Assembly (NCBI GenBank): GCA_000165425.1
Contig: CT868285.1
Span: forward strand, 310,001 to 374,000
From: Paramecium tetraurelia
Lineage: Eukaryota
DNA: 64,000 nucleotides
Reading direction: 5' to 3'
The position numbers and the translations under genes were made by a program. Shown one piece after another: positions 1 through 12,018 of the stretch. The first letter of the stretch is position 1. Each line of letters begins with the position of its first letter. The notes under the pieces are model-generated. The model saw only the letters and a list, made by a program, of their open reading frames with translations, made no database searches and was not told where the DNA came from.

Positions 1-1490
1 CAAGTAATCAAAAACTCCTGTGACACGTTCTTTGTCTAACTTGAAGTTTTGTAGTGCCTAATCTTTCTTGATGATTCCATTTTTGACTGATTCCCTCACA
101 AGTACCTCTTTGAGTATCAAATATTCTTATTCAGTTAATCCTAATTTTTGACATAATTAATATTCCTCTTCACAAAATGATGGACCCGACTTATGCTTAT
201 CCCTTCCCTCCATCAAAGGAATGAACCTGGTTCTTCTTTGCATAAACCTTTATTTTTATGAGTCATAAACAAATGAATCATTTTGTTTTTATCTCCTTTG
301 ATATTGTTCATCCCTCTTTCTCTTATCAGCCAAATACTCCTCCACCTCTTCAAAAGTCTTCATCCCTAACTTCCTATAGTACCTCAACTCCTCGATCTTA
401 GCTCTAAGTTACTTTTCCTTGATCAGATTCTAAACTAATCTTTCGTGATCTTCTGGTTTATTGAATCTTGCAAATGGTTTCATTAAGTTATGCAATTCCT
501 TCTCCTCTTTTGATCTAGATTTATCCTAGATATTCTATTTCTTTAGATTGAGCAAGTCTCTCTCTATAACGAACTTCTTTCTTTTGATTCTCTCGTCCAA
601 TCTTATGTTGTAAATATCGAGGACTTTTAGCTTCATTTCAATTTCATATGGTTTGTCATCATCATTGAATTCCATTTCTGCCAACAAGAGTTCTGCATCA
701 TTATCGAATTCAATATCAAAGTCTCCTCTTTTGGGCATAAATCCTACTATTTCCTACCCACTCTAAGAAGACATGTTGGGTGTCAATCGACCAGTTTTGG
801 TGATATTTTGCTCGTCCTTTATTCTTTTGGGAGCTGTTTATGCTCTTTTTGGCTTGATCAGTTCAAGAGTATCTTAATTTCTTTTGGATAATAGTGGCAT
901 CTAAAAATATATAAATTATATAAAAACAAACATTTCTAAATTTCCCACTTAAAATTATATCATCATAATGTTGTGCAATTTCTTCCTGTGCTTTTTCTCC
1001 ACCAAGCATCTCAGCTATGTCTTGCCAATTACCAAATCCCTTCTTCTCCAATCCTTCCAGCAACAACAATTCTTCTTCAGCTGTCCAATCCTCTACAAAA
1101 ATGGGAAAATTTAATTTATTTATTATAGAGTAGGAATGACTAATTAAGTGAGATTCTGCAATATAAGAAGTAACCATACCGAATTCTTAGAGGTTTAAAA
1201 AGCAATTCATGCAAATGTCTATCGCATTTGGACAGTCGTTGCACAGAATTCGTGCTTATTTTGTGATATCTTTTTCGCAGTTGTCACAATGCACTTTGTT
1301 ATATGGAAAATAGAGATTCTAATGTAAAAATCAAATAAATACATGATAAATAATTTCTTCTCGATTCCCCTCCTACTCCATCTTTTAGTTCTGATTTTTC
1401 TTTGTCTTCTTTTTTCCGCTACATATCGAACCAATATTTACTTTTCTTTGTCACTCAAGAACTTCCTAAAACTTATATACTATTATACAT
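1..1490 (-). CDS. ADA2: Transcriptional adaptor ADA2 (SAGA/ADA subunit), 3' end runs just off the window
   Basis: Code-6 translation gives a ZZ finger ([31 protein letters not shown]), a SANT domain ([26 protein letters not shown]), the ADA2 box ([19 protein letters not shown]) and a SWIRM-like end ([10 protein letters not shown]). Tiny introns at 1466-1488, 1419-1441 and 1319-1342, plus others. Confidence 0.93.
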
Positions 1491-1886
1491 TTTAATATTG
1501 TGGCAAATATACTGTTTAATTAAAAATAATCAAAGGATAATTGTAAAATTTGTGTTTTTTTAATCAAATTTCAATATGGCACAAATAGAAGCTCAGTGAT
1601 CCAAATTGGCAATCGAAACAATCATAGATGGGCCAGAAGGTAATGCTAAAGAAGGATAAAGATCTTCTAAAAAGAGAACGAGTCCAATCCGTTATTGATG
1701 ATTATAGAAATGGATAAAGATTTAAATTAATATATATGATTTTCTAGTTTTTATTTATTATACCAATATGGACGAACAATTATTGATGGATTTTTTAAAG
1801 CAGAGAAAATTCCTATTATTTTCAGAGGCAATAACATTCTCTAAATTAATGGATATAATACTAGCTGTAATAAACATAATAATTCT

Positions 1887-1964
1887 ATTGATATAAATAT
1901 CTTTAAGAAATAGTTCAATAATTTAATTGATATAAATATCTTTCAAAAATAATTCAATAATTTT
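1887..1964. repeat. Imperfect 39-bp direct tandem duplication
   Basis: attgatataaatatctttaagaaatagttcaataattta is followed by attgatataaatatctttcaaaaataattcaataatttt. Confidence 0.85.
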
Positions 1965-4900
1965 CGTGACTATTTAGTTATTCAAATTGTTTTTTTGATG
2001 AAACTTTGCAAATTTGATATGCCTCAATCTAATTTTAAATCACATATTCAAAAGCATCTTCAAATTAGATTTCTTGGGATAATTTTGTGATCTTAACAGC
2101 TGCTGTAGTTCTCGATTTGAGTAATTCCCACAGAAATTTAACTCTCTTATTCATATTTCCTCTATGGATGAGCAGCTTCCCTATAAATCCTCTTTTCTCT
2201 TTTAATTCTGGCTTGGATTTGAGAAGCTTTTCTCTAATCATATCCAATTAGTCCTATGAGTAATACTATAAATTACTTGGAATTGAATCAGGTAGCCCTA
2301 GAATATTTATAGAATGCACATGATAATAAACCAGAGGTTGAGTAATGCTAAGATGATTAGGATGATGACCTAAAGATAGTAATAATCTTTAAGTTGAGCT
2401 CCGTACATTAAGACACCCAAACAAAGTGTAGCTGCACACACCATGGTGGAGTAACGATCAATCTCATTTAATTTTTTACTACCGTAGGGACTTACAGAGA
2501 CTTGGTACCATCCATAAATAAAAAGCACTAAAACAATGAGTAATCCTTTTATGATAACATATTCTTCATAGTAGACCAATATGATGACAAAGAATTCTTT
2601 TTAAAAGATCTTAACAAATTCCCAAAGATAACTATCCTTAGAGTATTCTCTATAGAAGTAACCAAGGGTCATTTTGGTTTGCTTCATTTCAAGTTTGTGT
2701 CTTTTAAGCCAAACCAAAAACATGAATAAGGCAGGCAATGCAATGACCCAAATGATGAGCATGGGTCCAATAAAGCGAGCCATCCAGTAATTGTGGAGCT
2801 CACTATCATACCTATATCCAACATCTGCTTTGACCCATGGTAGACCACTGATAGTTCTGATGGAAGCCTAAGAGATGAAGCCTTGTACAAGAGTAGGATG
2901 CATGTATAAGAACATGTAAATTAAGGCAGTGTATAGTATGGACTATGAGAATTTGGTGATTCCGATGATACATATGATAAGGTATCCTAAAATGATAGCA
3001 CCCAAATAACACAAAGGCATAACCAAAGCCCAGACCATCTTGAAATAGAGTAATTCAATGTCTGATATTTTGATTAGTAGACAATCAAGTGAATAGGCCA
3101 TGGAACCAGTAGGATTACCAGCAGTTTTGGTAGCAGTGTCAACACCATTTGGTATTTGTAATTGGAAGGTCATTACGATTTAGACAATTTGGAAATAGTT
3201 GGTGAGTGTTTGAACCATGGTGGCTAAGTTGGAAGAATCTGATTTAAGTCTTCTGCCGAACATTTTGATTACATCCTCCACAATTTGCAGTTGGAGAGCT
3301 TCGAAAGTACCCTTGACTGACATGATGGTTGAGACCATGGTCAAAACAGAGATAGCAATGATGATGATCAGATTGTACTTCTCTGATTCCTTACACAATC
3401 CACATTTGTAAGGATCAGAGGGAGCCCATCTCTCTTCATTTTGAATCATGTAAATATCACAGGATTCGCACAATGCTCCATTATGGCCAGTATAACAGGA
3501 TGGGTTGCCAGGAATCCAACCTCCATTGCAATTATTGGGTAGATTTACGCAATACTCGACCTGATCATTTGAAAAGATGGGTCTCCAATATCCTTGGAAT
3601 AAATTGATACCAGTTGGTGAGACTGTTCTCATGGTTAGTCTGTTCATTTATTTGCATTATACAGAGTCTATCTCAACAGAATAGGCAAGATCTGATTTTT
3701 GACATGCTTTACATTGCTACGAATCGTAGGCTTCACCAATTTAACATGGGAATGTACGTATTCTAGCATACAATTCATAATTCTTATTGAATCCAAGAAT
3801 TTGATAAGGTGGTTTTGTATTGTAGATGGGCAGTTTAACAGAATTGCATGTAAATCGAAGTTCCAAATACAAATCAGGTGAAGCCTAGGGATCGAAAATG
3901 AGAATCAAATCATCCATATCATATCCTCCTTTATCTGGATTGTAGTTCACTTTGGTTGGAATAGTGAAATTGTTGCTAAATGCCAAAAGATCATTATAAG
4001 ATTACTGATTCTATATCCTGCCATCTATCACACAACTCTCATCCGGTTTACTGTTCCTTACAACATCTCCAAATCTGTTAAGATTGATAATTCTAAACAC
4101 CCATTCAAAAGGGACTTGTTCTTGTGTAACCTCATAAAAATACATGTACTTTGAGATTCTCTGACCTGATGGTAAAATCAAGAGATCGGTAACTTGTGGA
4201 TAATTACCAGTCTTATGATTTTCCAAAGTAACATTGTCCTTGATTACAATACTAGTATTATCAATGGCTCCATCATCAGTTTCATCTCCATCGTAATCCA
4301 TATAAGTGTCTGATGCAAAAGGAATGTTGATTAATTGCAATGTTTGTGATATCGTGAGTTCTTGAATATCAGTTCCCCCATCATCTGCTGTGTTTTTATC
4401 AAAACTCAAACCCAACTTATCAGTATTACTTAATTGATAATTTAACAAATAGATGGCCCCTCCAATTTAACCCTAATTGTTAACAAACTAATTGTTTTGC
4501 AAGTACATATTATTGGAACCCAGATTTTCAAAATAAATAGCTCCTCCAACTAGGGATGCATTGTTACTACTAAATAGACTTTCTTGCACTATGGCAGTGA
4601 CACCTCTGAGGTTCAAACAAGTTCCAGCTCTGGCCAAATTGTTATTACATTCATAACTTGAAATGAGTATTGTGTGATTCAATGGTGAAACATCGGATGC
4701 TTACAGAAGTCTGGACTGTTGAAGAATGCTTTCATCAATGATTTCAGACAGCAATGTAACATCTTGAATGAAGTCTTCAAATAAAAGTGATGCACAACCA
4801 TAATACCCAACTGTGTTATATTAGCAAAAGAATTCAGTAATGGATATCAACTCTTTCGTGTTTGTGTCAGACACACTCCTCATTTGTAACAAGCCTCCTC

Positions 4901-7900
4901 TACATAATAAACATTAGTTTTAGACCAATTAGATTTTCTTAATTTGAACCAAGTGATTATCATTAACTTCTGCCACATAAAATAGAGATGAAAAGTTGTC
5001 CAAGTTCAGTTGTTTACTTAAATACAAAATGCTGTTCATTATGCAACTCACGAGTTATGAATTCAGAGTGATCACTACACTTATTACATCAGACAGTTTA
5101 TCCAACTTCGCTTGTGAAATAGATGCAGGAATGTACTTACTATTTTGAGTCTATTTTTTGTACTTATCTTCTAAACTTTCATCGTAGTATTCATAGATCT
5201 CATCACCATCATCCATTTCATCCAATTAGTCTTAGAGTGATATTATCTAATCGCAATTTTACTCTGGGATGATATATGTAAAGGATGGAGGAGTTAAGGA
5301 AGTACAATTATATTGAGTATTGAATGTGTAAGCTGTTTCCTAGAATTCAATGATGTCCAAATTACCTATGTATGCTTACCCTCCTGATTGCAATAGGCTT
5401 AAGGAAAGCAATGGGTTGTAAAATAGGAATCCCTTCAATATAGATAATTTATTGATGTACAATAATTTCAACTGATTCAATTGCAAGGCAGATGTATAAT
5501 TGATTTACTGAAACAATGAGTCTCCAATTATCAATCTGCCACTCGTTTGAGTATACACACTGCTGGTTTGCAAGAAGTATAAGTATTCAAATACTTAAAT
5601 CTACGGAGTCACACTAATCAATTTGTCAATGCTATTATCAATTACACTCACTTCCTCTAATGACACCTGTTAGAATGAAGCATCTGCTAAGAAGTCCACT
5701 CTCATAAAGGAAGTATCCAAAGCTTAACATTACTCGAAATAAGAATTTGATATTGTGATATTCTGATTTTTATTTGAAGCCAACACATAGATGCAACCAC
5801 CAGTTTATCTGACTCTGCTGAGAACAATACTTAAATTTGAAATGAGACAAGTTAGATCAGACAAACTCGAATCAATATACAAACTTCCTCCTGTGGATGA
5901 GTGTTTCAATTCTAAACTACTGAAGATATTTCTTAATTAGGAATTCCTGATTTTTATATTTGACATCCCAATTGTTGTTAACTTTATAACTGCTTAGATT
6001 CCATATGTGTAATTGATGAAAACCTGAGAAATTGTCGCTGTGGTAGTTGTTAAGTCCATTATGGTTCCGTATGACTTTATTTCAAAGAATGAGTTTATGT
6101 CATCATCTGTGATAATTAGATTAGGCTCAACTCTCTTCACCCACTATCTATCTATTATATTGGTGTATCTAAATGTTGCATTGTTGATGACTATTTTTAG
6201 ACAATCAATTTTGATTAAACCGTAATCACTCTTTATAGCTCTGTTGTATTCTGAGACAAAGTTGGTCATTTGAATAGTCGATCTTGGAGATGATATTTCG
6301 AATAGAGTGACAATGACTATGGTCTATTTGGATAAAATCTATTAGAGATGATTACTCTAAAAGTTTAGATTATCCATAGTAATCGTCTAAATTTGATTCG
6401 ATTAGATCGTTAAGCAACCGGAAAACAACCCTTTTTTAGTGGACACTAAGGAATTGTTGAATATTTGGAATCCAGATAAGTTAATGCTCTCAACTGTGTT
6501 ACCATTGGTAGTGTTTTAATAGGCTACATCATATGATTGAATGTAGAATATTGAAGCATCTATAAACAATTGTCTTTGGACCAAAACATCAGAAATGGTT
6601 ACAGAACTTGAAAATTGATAGATAAAGAACAATATGTAGGAGAATGAGGATGCTGTGACTTTGCGATCTGAACAGTCAGTGGTCGTAGGTATTAAATTAT
6701 TCGTTGGACTTACTTGTTTTTAGTAATAGTTGGTTTGACTCCAATCGTATTTTAATGTTGTAATTGTTAAGGACTTGATTGTAGAAATGTAGAATATTGT
6801 TAATCCTTACACATTGTCAAATTGGGCATTTGATAGTTTTACATCTGAAAATTTATTCCAATTTATTAATGCTGATGTTGTCAGAAAAGTATTTTATTAA
6901 CTGATATCAGACAACCCAATATTGGTAATTTATAAATTGCTTATAGTCAACATGGAGGTTATGGAGTATGTATTAATTGGAGTACTCATGATCATCAAGC
7001 AATTTATTGAATAGCAATTGGAGTTGACAATCTTGATTTTATCCAGTTTGTACTCCAACAATGAGCTCTATAATTAATCATTGGTTTTCATCTCCTTGAC
7101 AGTCTAAAATATGACTGAGTTGTTTTGGAGTATGTTGCTGTCGAAGTAGAATTAAGAAAATTGGAATGAATTCATCAGAAATGCTCTGCTATTAACAAAG
7201 CGATTATAGAGGATATCCACATTTGAAAATTGCTATGATGTTTGCAGATTAGACAATGGAAATAGAGTGCTATTGGAAAAGTAATTGAACATCAAAATCA
7301 GTTTGTCAATCTGATAATATAGGCTATTAGTTTGAAAGGTTGACTTTATTATTGATGAACTTAAAAAATTGCCTGAAGTGATTTTCAGATTGCTGATCTT
7401 CAAGAACAAGGAGGAAGCAAGATTGGAGAAAGTGATTATACTTGAGAAGTTGTAATTGCAATCGGTTAATTCTACATTACTCAATTTAATATCTTGATAA
7501 CTAAGAGAACGCAAAGAGTAATTGAAGAAGACTACTTGATCTTTTGTTTCGATATTTCTGATTTTCACATTGGACATAGTGAAATTTACAGGATTTTCAG
7601 CAATAATGAGGAGTTTCTGATTTTTGTATTTTTCCTTCACAAATTCAATATCATTAAGAATTAATTAGGATTCGTCCTCACTCTTCAAATAAAATCCAAA
7701 CTCTTTGGGAGCATTTTTTCCATCCTTCAAGTATTCAATTTTAATTTTATTTAAATTAACCTAAGACACACCCTTAAAAGTGATCAATCCAGCTACTTTC
7801 CAATCTTATTAATCCTCTCGATCCTGATTGATATTTAATATAACCGTCTGTAAGGAAAATACATTTTAACGAAAAGAAAACTGAAATTGGGTTTCCTTTT

Positions 7901-10154
7901 TGAATTAACATACATCGCCAGTTAATTTCATGTTGATAGTCAATACCTTAATTGTTTTATCATTGTAATCTTGATACTATTGGAAAGAGTCAACATTCTA
8001 GAAAGTGATGACTGAAACCTTAGTTTTAGCAGAATTGTATTTTTCTAAGTCTGTATCACAATTGAATTCTAAGTCTACCTCATCAGAATTGAAACACTTG
8101 TACTATTTGGTAAGTGAACAATCAGCAATTTCACATTTAACAGGCACACCAATTTTGTTATCAAGAAATACACAGGCGGCTTCAGCATCCTTAATTAACT
8201 TATAACACATTCTACTGTATTTGTAGAGTACTTCACTTACTGGATTGAAGTACCTATTAACAGTGGGATCACTATCTAATCTATCTCTACAGGCTGCACA
8301 ATAATTTGGACACTCCTAACATTCACTCATATCAGCAAGGATTGATTGCTAATTAGGATCGCCACAATTATAACAGAAGGCTTTTTCATCATCTTCATAG
8401 CAACCCATACAATTGCTGGTACATCCCATACATTAATTATCATATAGAGAGAATCCTTCTAAACATTAAGTGCATTTGGCATCTTATTATGGTTCAAGTA
8501 TGAACAAGGAAAAGTCATCTTAGGTGACAACATTGTAATTTTATAAAAAGGATGTAAAATTATAGCTTGGAGTGTATTACCAACAGGTCTTGCAATTAAC
8601 TGGGCATGCTACACATTTACCTGAGAATACATCAGGATAATAGCCATAGGCACATTAAGTACAAAAGGACATAGTTGAATCTTCGTTCTCAGGTCGTTTT
8701 TAGACAAAGCATTTTTCACAATTCTTAATAATTTTAGAACAGAGCTTGGGTGAACATTAAGGTGAATCTGGATTTGATAAATCTAAAATTTTATCATAAC
8801 AAAATGTGCATTTATTGTCAGAAGCATCGGTGCCATCAGGAGCTTTATTATAAGAATTACAGTTGGAGGGAGGAGGATCAGGAATTTCTATACACTCAGT
8901 TTTCTCTTTGTTTCTATAATAACCATTTGCGCATATATGACATAACATTTATGAAGTTTTTGGATAGGATTTGGGGATGAAATCATATTCTAAAGTAGTA
9001 TGACCCTTATCATCTAATTCATAATAGCAAATCTGACAATTTTTGATTGAGCAATCTTCACAAGTTTCTCCATCATAAGAGATGAATTGTGAGTTTGAAA
9101 CACACTGTCTACATCTCAATAAATACTTGTAATATGGATCAAAGTACTAATCTCTTGTTCCATATTCTAAGTAACCATAATCCTCATAATTATCATATGA
9201 AATGTATTCGCATCTTGTGCATTGATTTCCGCAAATGAAGCAATTCTGAAAATCAGTGCTTTCAACCAGGTATTCTTCATTTGTTTTTGAACATTATAGA
9301 CATAACAACATTGAATCAGAATACTCACATTTTATGCAACCAGGTTGACACATTTAACATAACGATTAATCATTCAAATAAAATCCTTCATTGCAAGCTT
9401 AGCATGATGAGGAAGTACAAGTTTTACAATTTGGTTGACATTCCCTACATTCGAAATTTTCATAATAGTAATGATCCAAACACAAAATCCCATTGAATAA
9501 ATTATCCTATTAGTTGTTATCAAAACATGATAGACCTTCATCTCCTTCATCTCCTTCATCACCTTCGTCATTATTCTCATCATTGTTTTCATCATTATTT
9601 TCATCAACTTCATCACCCTCATCGCCCTCATCACCTTCATCTTGATTTGTATTCAAAGTACAGAAGACACTACATCCTTCACAAATTGACAGCTCATATT
9701 TGAATGTCACAGGTCTTTTTGGATTTACAATTTAAGTTGGCTTCTCCTATATATAAAATATAGTTTTCTAGACGTTTTCTCTCAAATACACATCTGCTGA
9801 AGACCCTGTTTGGATTCTGTAATTATAGGTACAAGCCCTGGAGGATTACCAATTATAGGGATCCTCCAAACAATCACCACATAAAATATTCAAAGGGTCT
9901 GAATACAAAAAATAAGGACTAACTAGATAACTTCTACATACCATGGTAAACAGTTAATCTAATTCAAAGCATCGACATATAGGAAGTAACCGAATTCGCA
10001 TGGAATGTATTGTTTTTGGGAACAATCAGCAATACCTAATGGACAGATATTGCCTTTAGCATCATACCCAAATTTTGTTGAACTCCTATATGTTAAGGAA
10101 TATAGCATACACTTTTGCATAGGCCACTGCCGTTAAGTAAAATACAAAAAACAT
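1954..10154 (-). CDS. Giant (~2,700 aa) cell-surface protein: signal peptide, furin-like Cys-rich repeats, parallel beta-helix region with GGAI-type repeats, Cys-rich juxtamembrane module, ~9 TM helices
   Basis: Begins MFFVFYLTAVAYA. Dense CxxC repeats at ~10000-8100. GGSLYI/GGCIYV/GGAIYF/GGAIYL motifs at ~5900-4450. GYWRP..C..NCNGG..C..GHNGALCESCD at ~3600-3450. Hydrophobic helices at 3370-2300 with LGYFYREY..YLWEFVK. TGA at 1954-1956; the exact 3' end is less certain. Confidence 0.88.
9536..9645 (-). repeat. Coding acidic repeat (DEG)n-(DENN)n-(DEG)n inside the giant surface protein
   Basis: Translates DEGDEGDEGDEVDENNDENNDENNDEGDEGDEGDEG, from 9-bp and 12-bp units. Confidence 0.9.
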
Positions 10155-10233
10155 ATTAATGAATTTATAAGTCAATTTGCAATTTATATGGTGCTTATCT
10201 TATATTATAACTAATTCGGCATATTTGATATAA

Positions 10234-11342
10234 TCACATAATCACTAATAAATCCTTATGATTGCTTTTAGTTCCTAAGGCCATTCCCAAGGCATATCCA
10301 TCGGCTGAAATATCAATGGATTTGATTAACCCATCATTTTACTAAAGACCAACATCTAAATTAGTGTATATATCGGTATCTCCCAAAACATCAAAAACCT
10401 TCAAGGTCGAATTTTCACTTGCAGCGAATATGTATCTTCCACTCAAAGAAATGGCAATGGAGTAGATCGAATCATAGTAACAACTATCCTGAAATGATAC
10501 TATGGGATCTTTCATTCTCAAGTCCCACAAGTTTATGGAGGCATCGTCACTCCCAGTCACAAATGTTGTTGGCTAAGGCATTTGAATGAACTTCACAGTA
10601 TTCACTGCTGACTCATGGCCTATGGTTTGGTGTGTTACTTGTTACCTTTGTATTCAGCCTATACGGGTTTTTTCACTCTGATATCCCAGATTTTACATGT
10701 CAAATCGCTGGAACCAGAGATAAAAATGTTGCTATCGTTTTCGTAGGCATGCAAAGACAGCACGTCTCCAGTGTGTTGCTGATGGATGGCCAAGTATCTC
10801 TGAGGGTTCTCCAGGTCCCACAATGATACCAAGGAATCTGTTGATCCTGCCTATATAAATTAGTATTCTATACAATTATATATTATGGACTAAGAAACTA
10901 CACACATTGGATTGAACCAGAGTGGCCAAACAACTCTATGTTGGGCTTATCTTTGCTGAAACTCTTGCCTTTTTTGTTACTTTGATTTATTCTTTTTATT
11001 ACTTTAGAATATTTACTCATAAACTAAGACTTTCCCGTCTAACGTTCCACAGGCTACCTTCTTCCCTTCTTGCTTTTCTACATCCACTGTTGTTAGCCAC
11101 ATGTTCGAAGCATGAAATTATTGAATCAATCTATTTTGTGCAACATCCCATATTTTTAAGACTCCAGAAATATCTATGCTCGCTAACTGAGTCTTATATT
11201 TCTGGTTGTTAAAACAAATATCAGTTATCTTCGCATTCTCAACAGTCTTGTTATTCACTACTTCTGCTAACATCTTGCGTTAAGTGATTTGAATTCCTAA
11301 TTTTGGTTCATTCACATTCAAAGGATTAGGGTTTTTTATCAT
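10234..11342 (-). CDS. Heterotrimeric G-protein beta-subunit-like WD40 protein without the N-terminal coiled coil
   Basis: Colinear with Gbeta motifs: IQITQRKML..AKI, VACGTLDG, ELFGHSG, HTGDVLSL, FISGSSDLTCKIWDIR, HESAVN, FVTGSDDASINLWDLR, SLSGRYIFA. Short introns. TGA at 10234-10236. Confidence 0.85.
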
Positions 11343-12018
11343 TTTTGATAATAAAAATTTTTATTATTATTTATATATAATCATCTCATTCCTTATACTC
11401 TCTACAACCAACATCATTATACCTATTGCTATTAACTAGATTCGATTCATAATCAATTCCTATTTCTGAGTTATTGACTTTATTTCAATCCCTCCTTCGC
11501 AGAGATAAATAACCCCTATAAAAATAACTCTAAATTGATTCCATATAATATTAAGAGCAATCAGTCCCTATTCGTTTTTAGTAACATTGAAAATTATCTT
11601 AAGACATCCAGATAATCTAAATCTCATTTAATTAAGCGAGCATTTTTAAGATGAATATAAGAACAAATAATAATAACTGATATCTAAAAGAATGAGCTTT
11701 TTATATCATCTATAGAAATTAATTGAACAGGGTAGATAGACTTTGAGAATTTTCTTATTGCCAAGATAGATATATCGTCATTTAAACACTCGCTTATAAG
11801 TGTTAATTTGAGTCATCCTCCTTATAGGTTTAAACAAAAAACCCTGATGATCAAATATTTGTAAATTTATTTCATTTAAAAGAATCACTAACACACTTTA
11901 TCTTTTATAGACAATACAATCTCCAACATTGTAACAAACACAAACCTTTAATTGCAATGACAATAGCAACTCCCTTTAATACAATTAGTTATTAATAATT
12001 TAATATAAAATTTTATTT

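Noticed and set aside
1319..1342. 3n introns carrying in-frame TGA as an NMD-visibility rule
   Set aside because: True here and at 16925-16948, but stopless 3n introns also occur (16632-16655). The phenomenon is already known and the sample is too small.
1576..1740. Short GC-richer plus-strand tract
   Set aside because: No consistent ATG-to-TGA model or recognisable motif.
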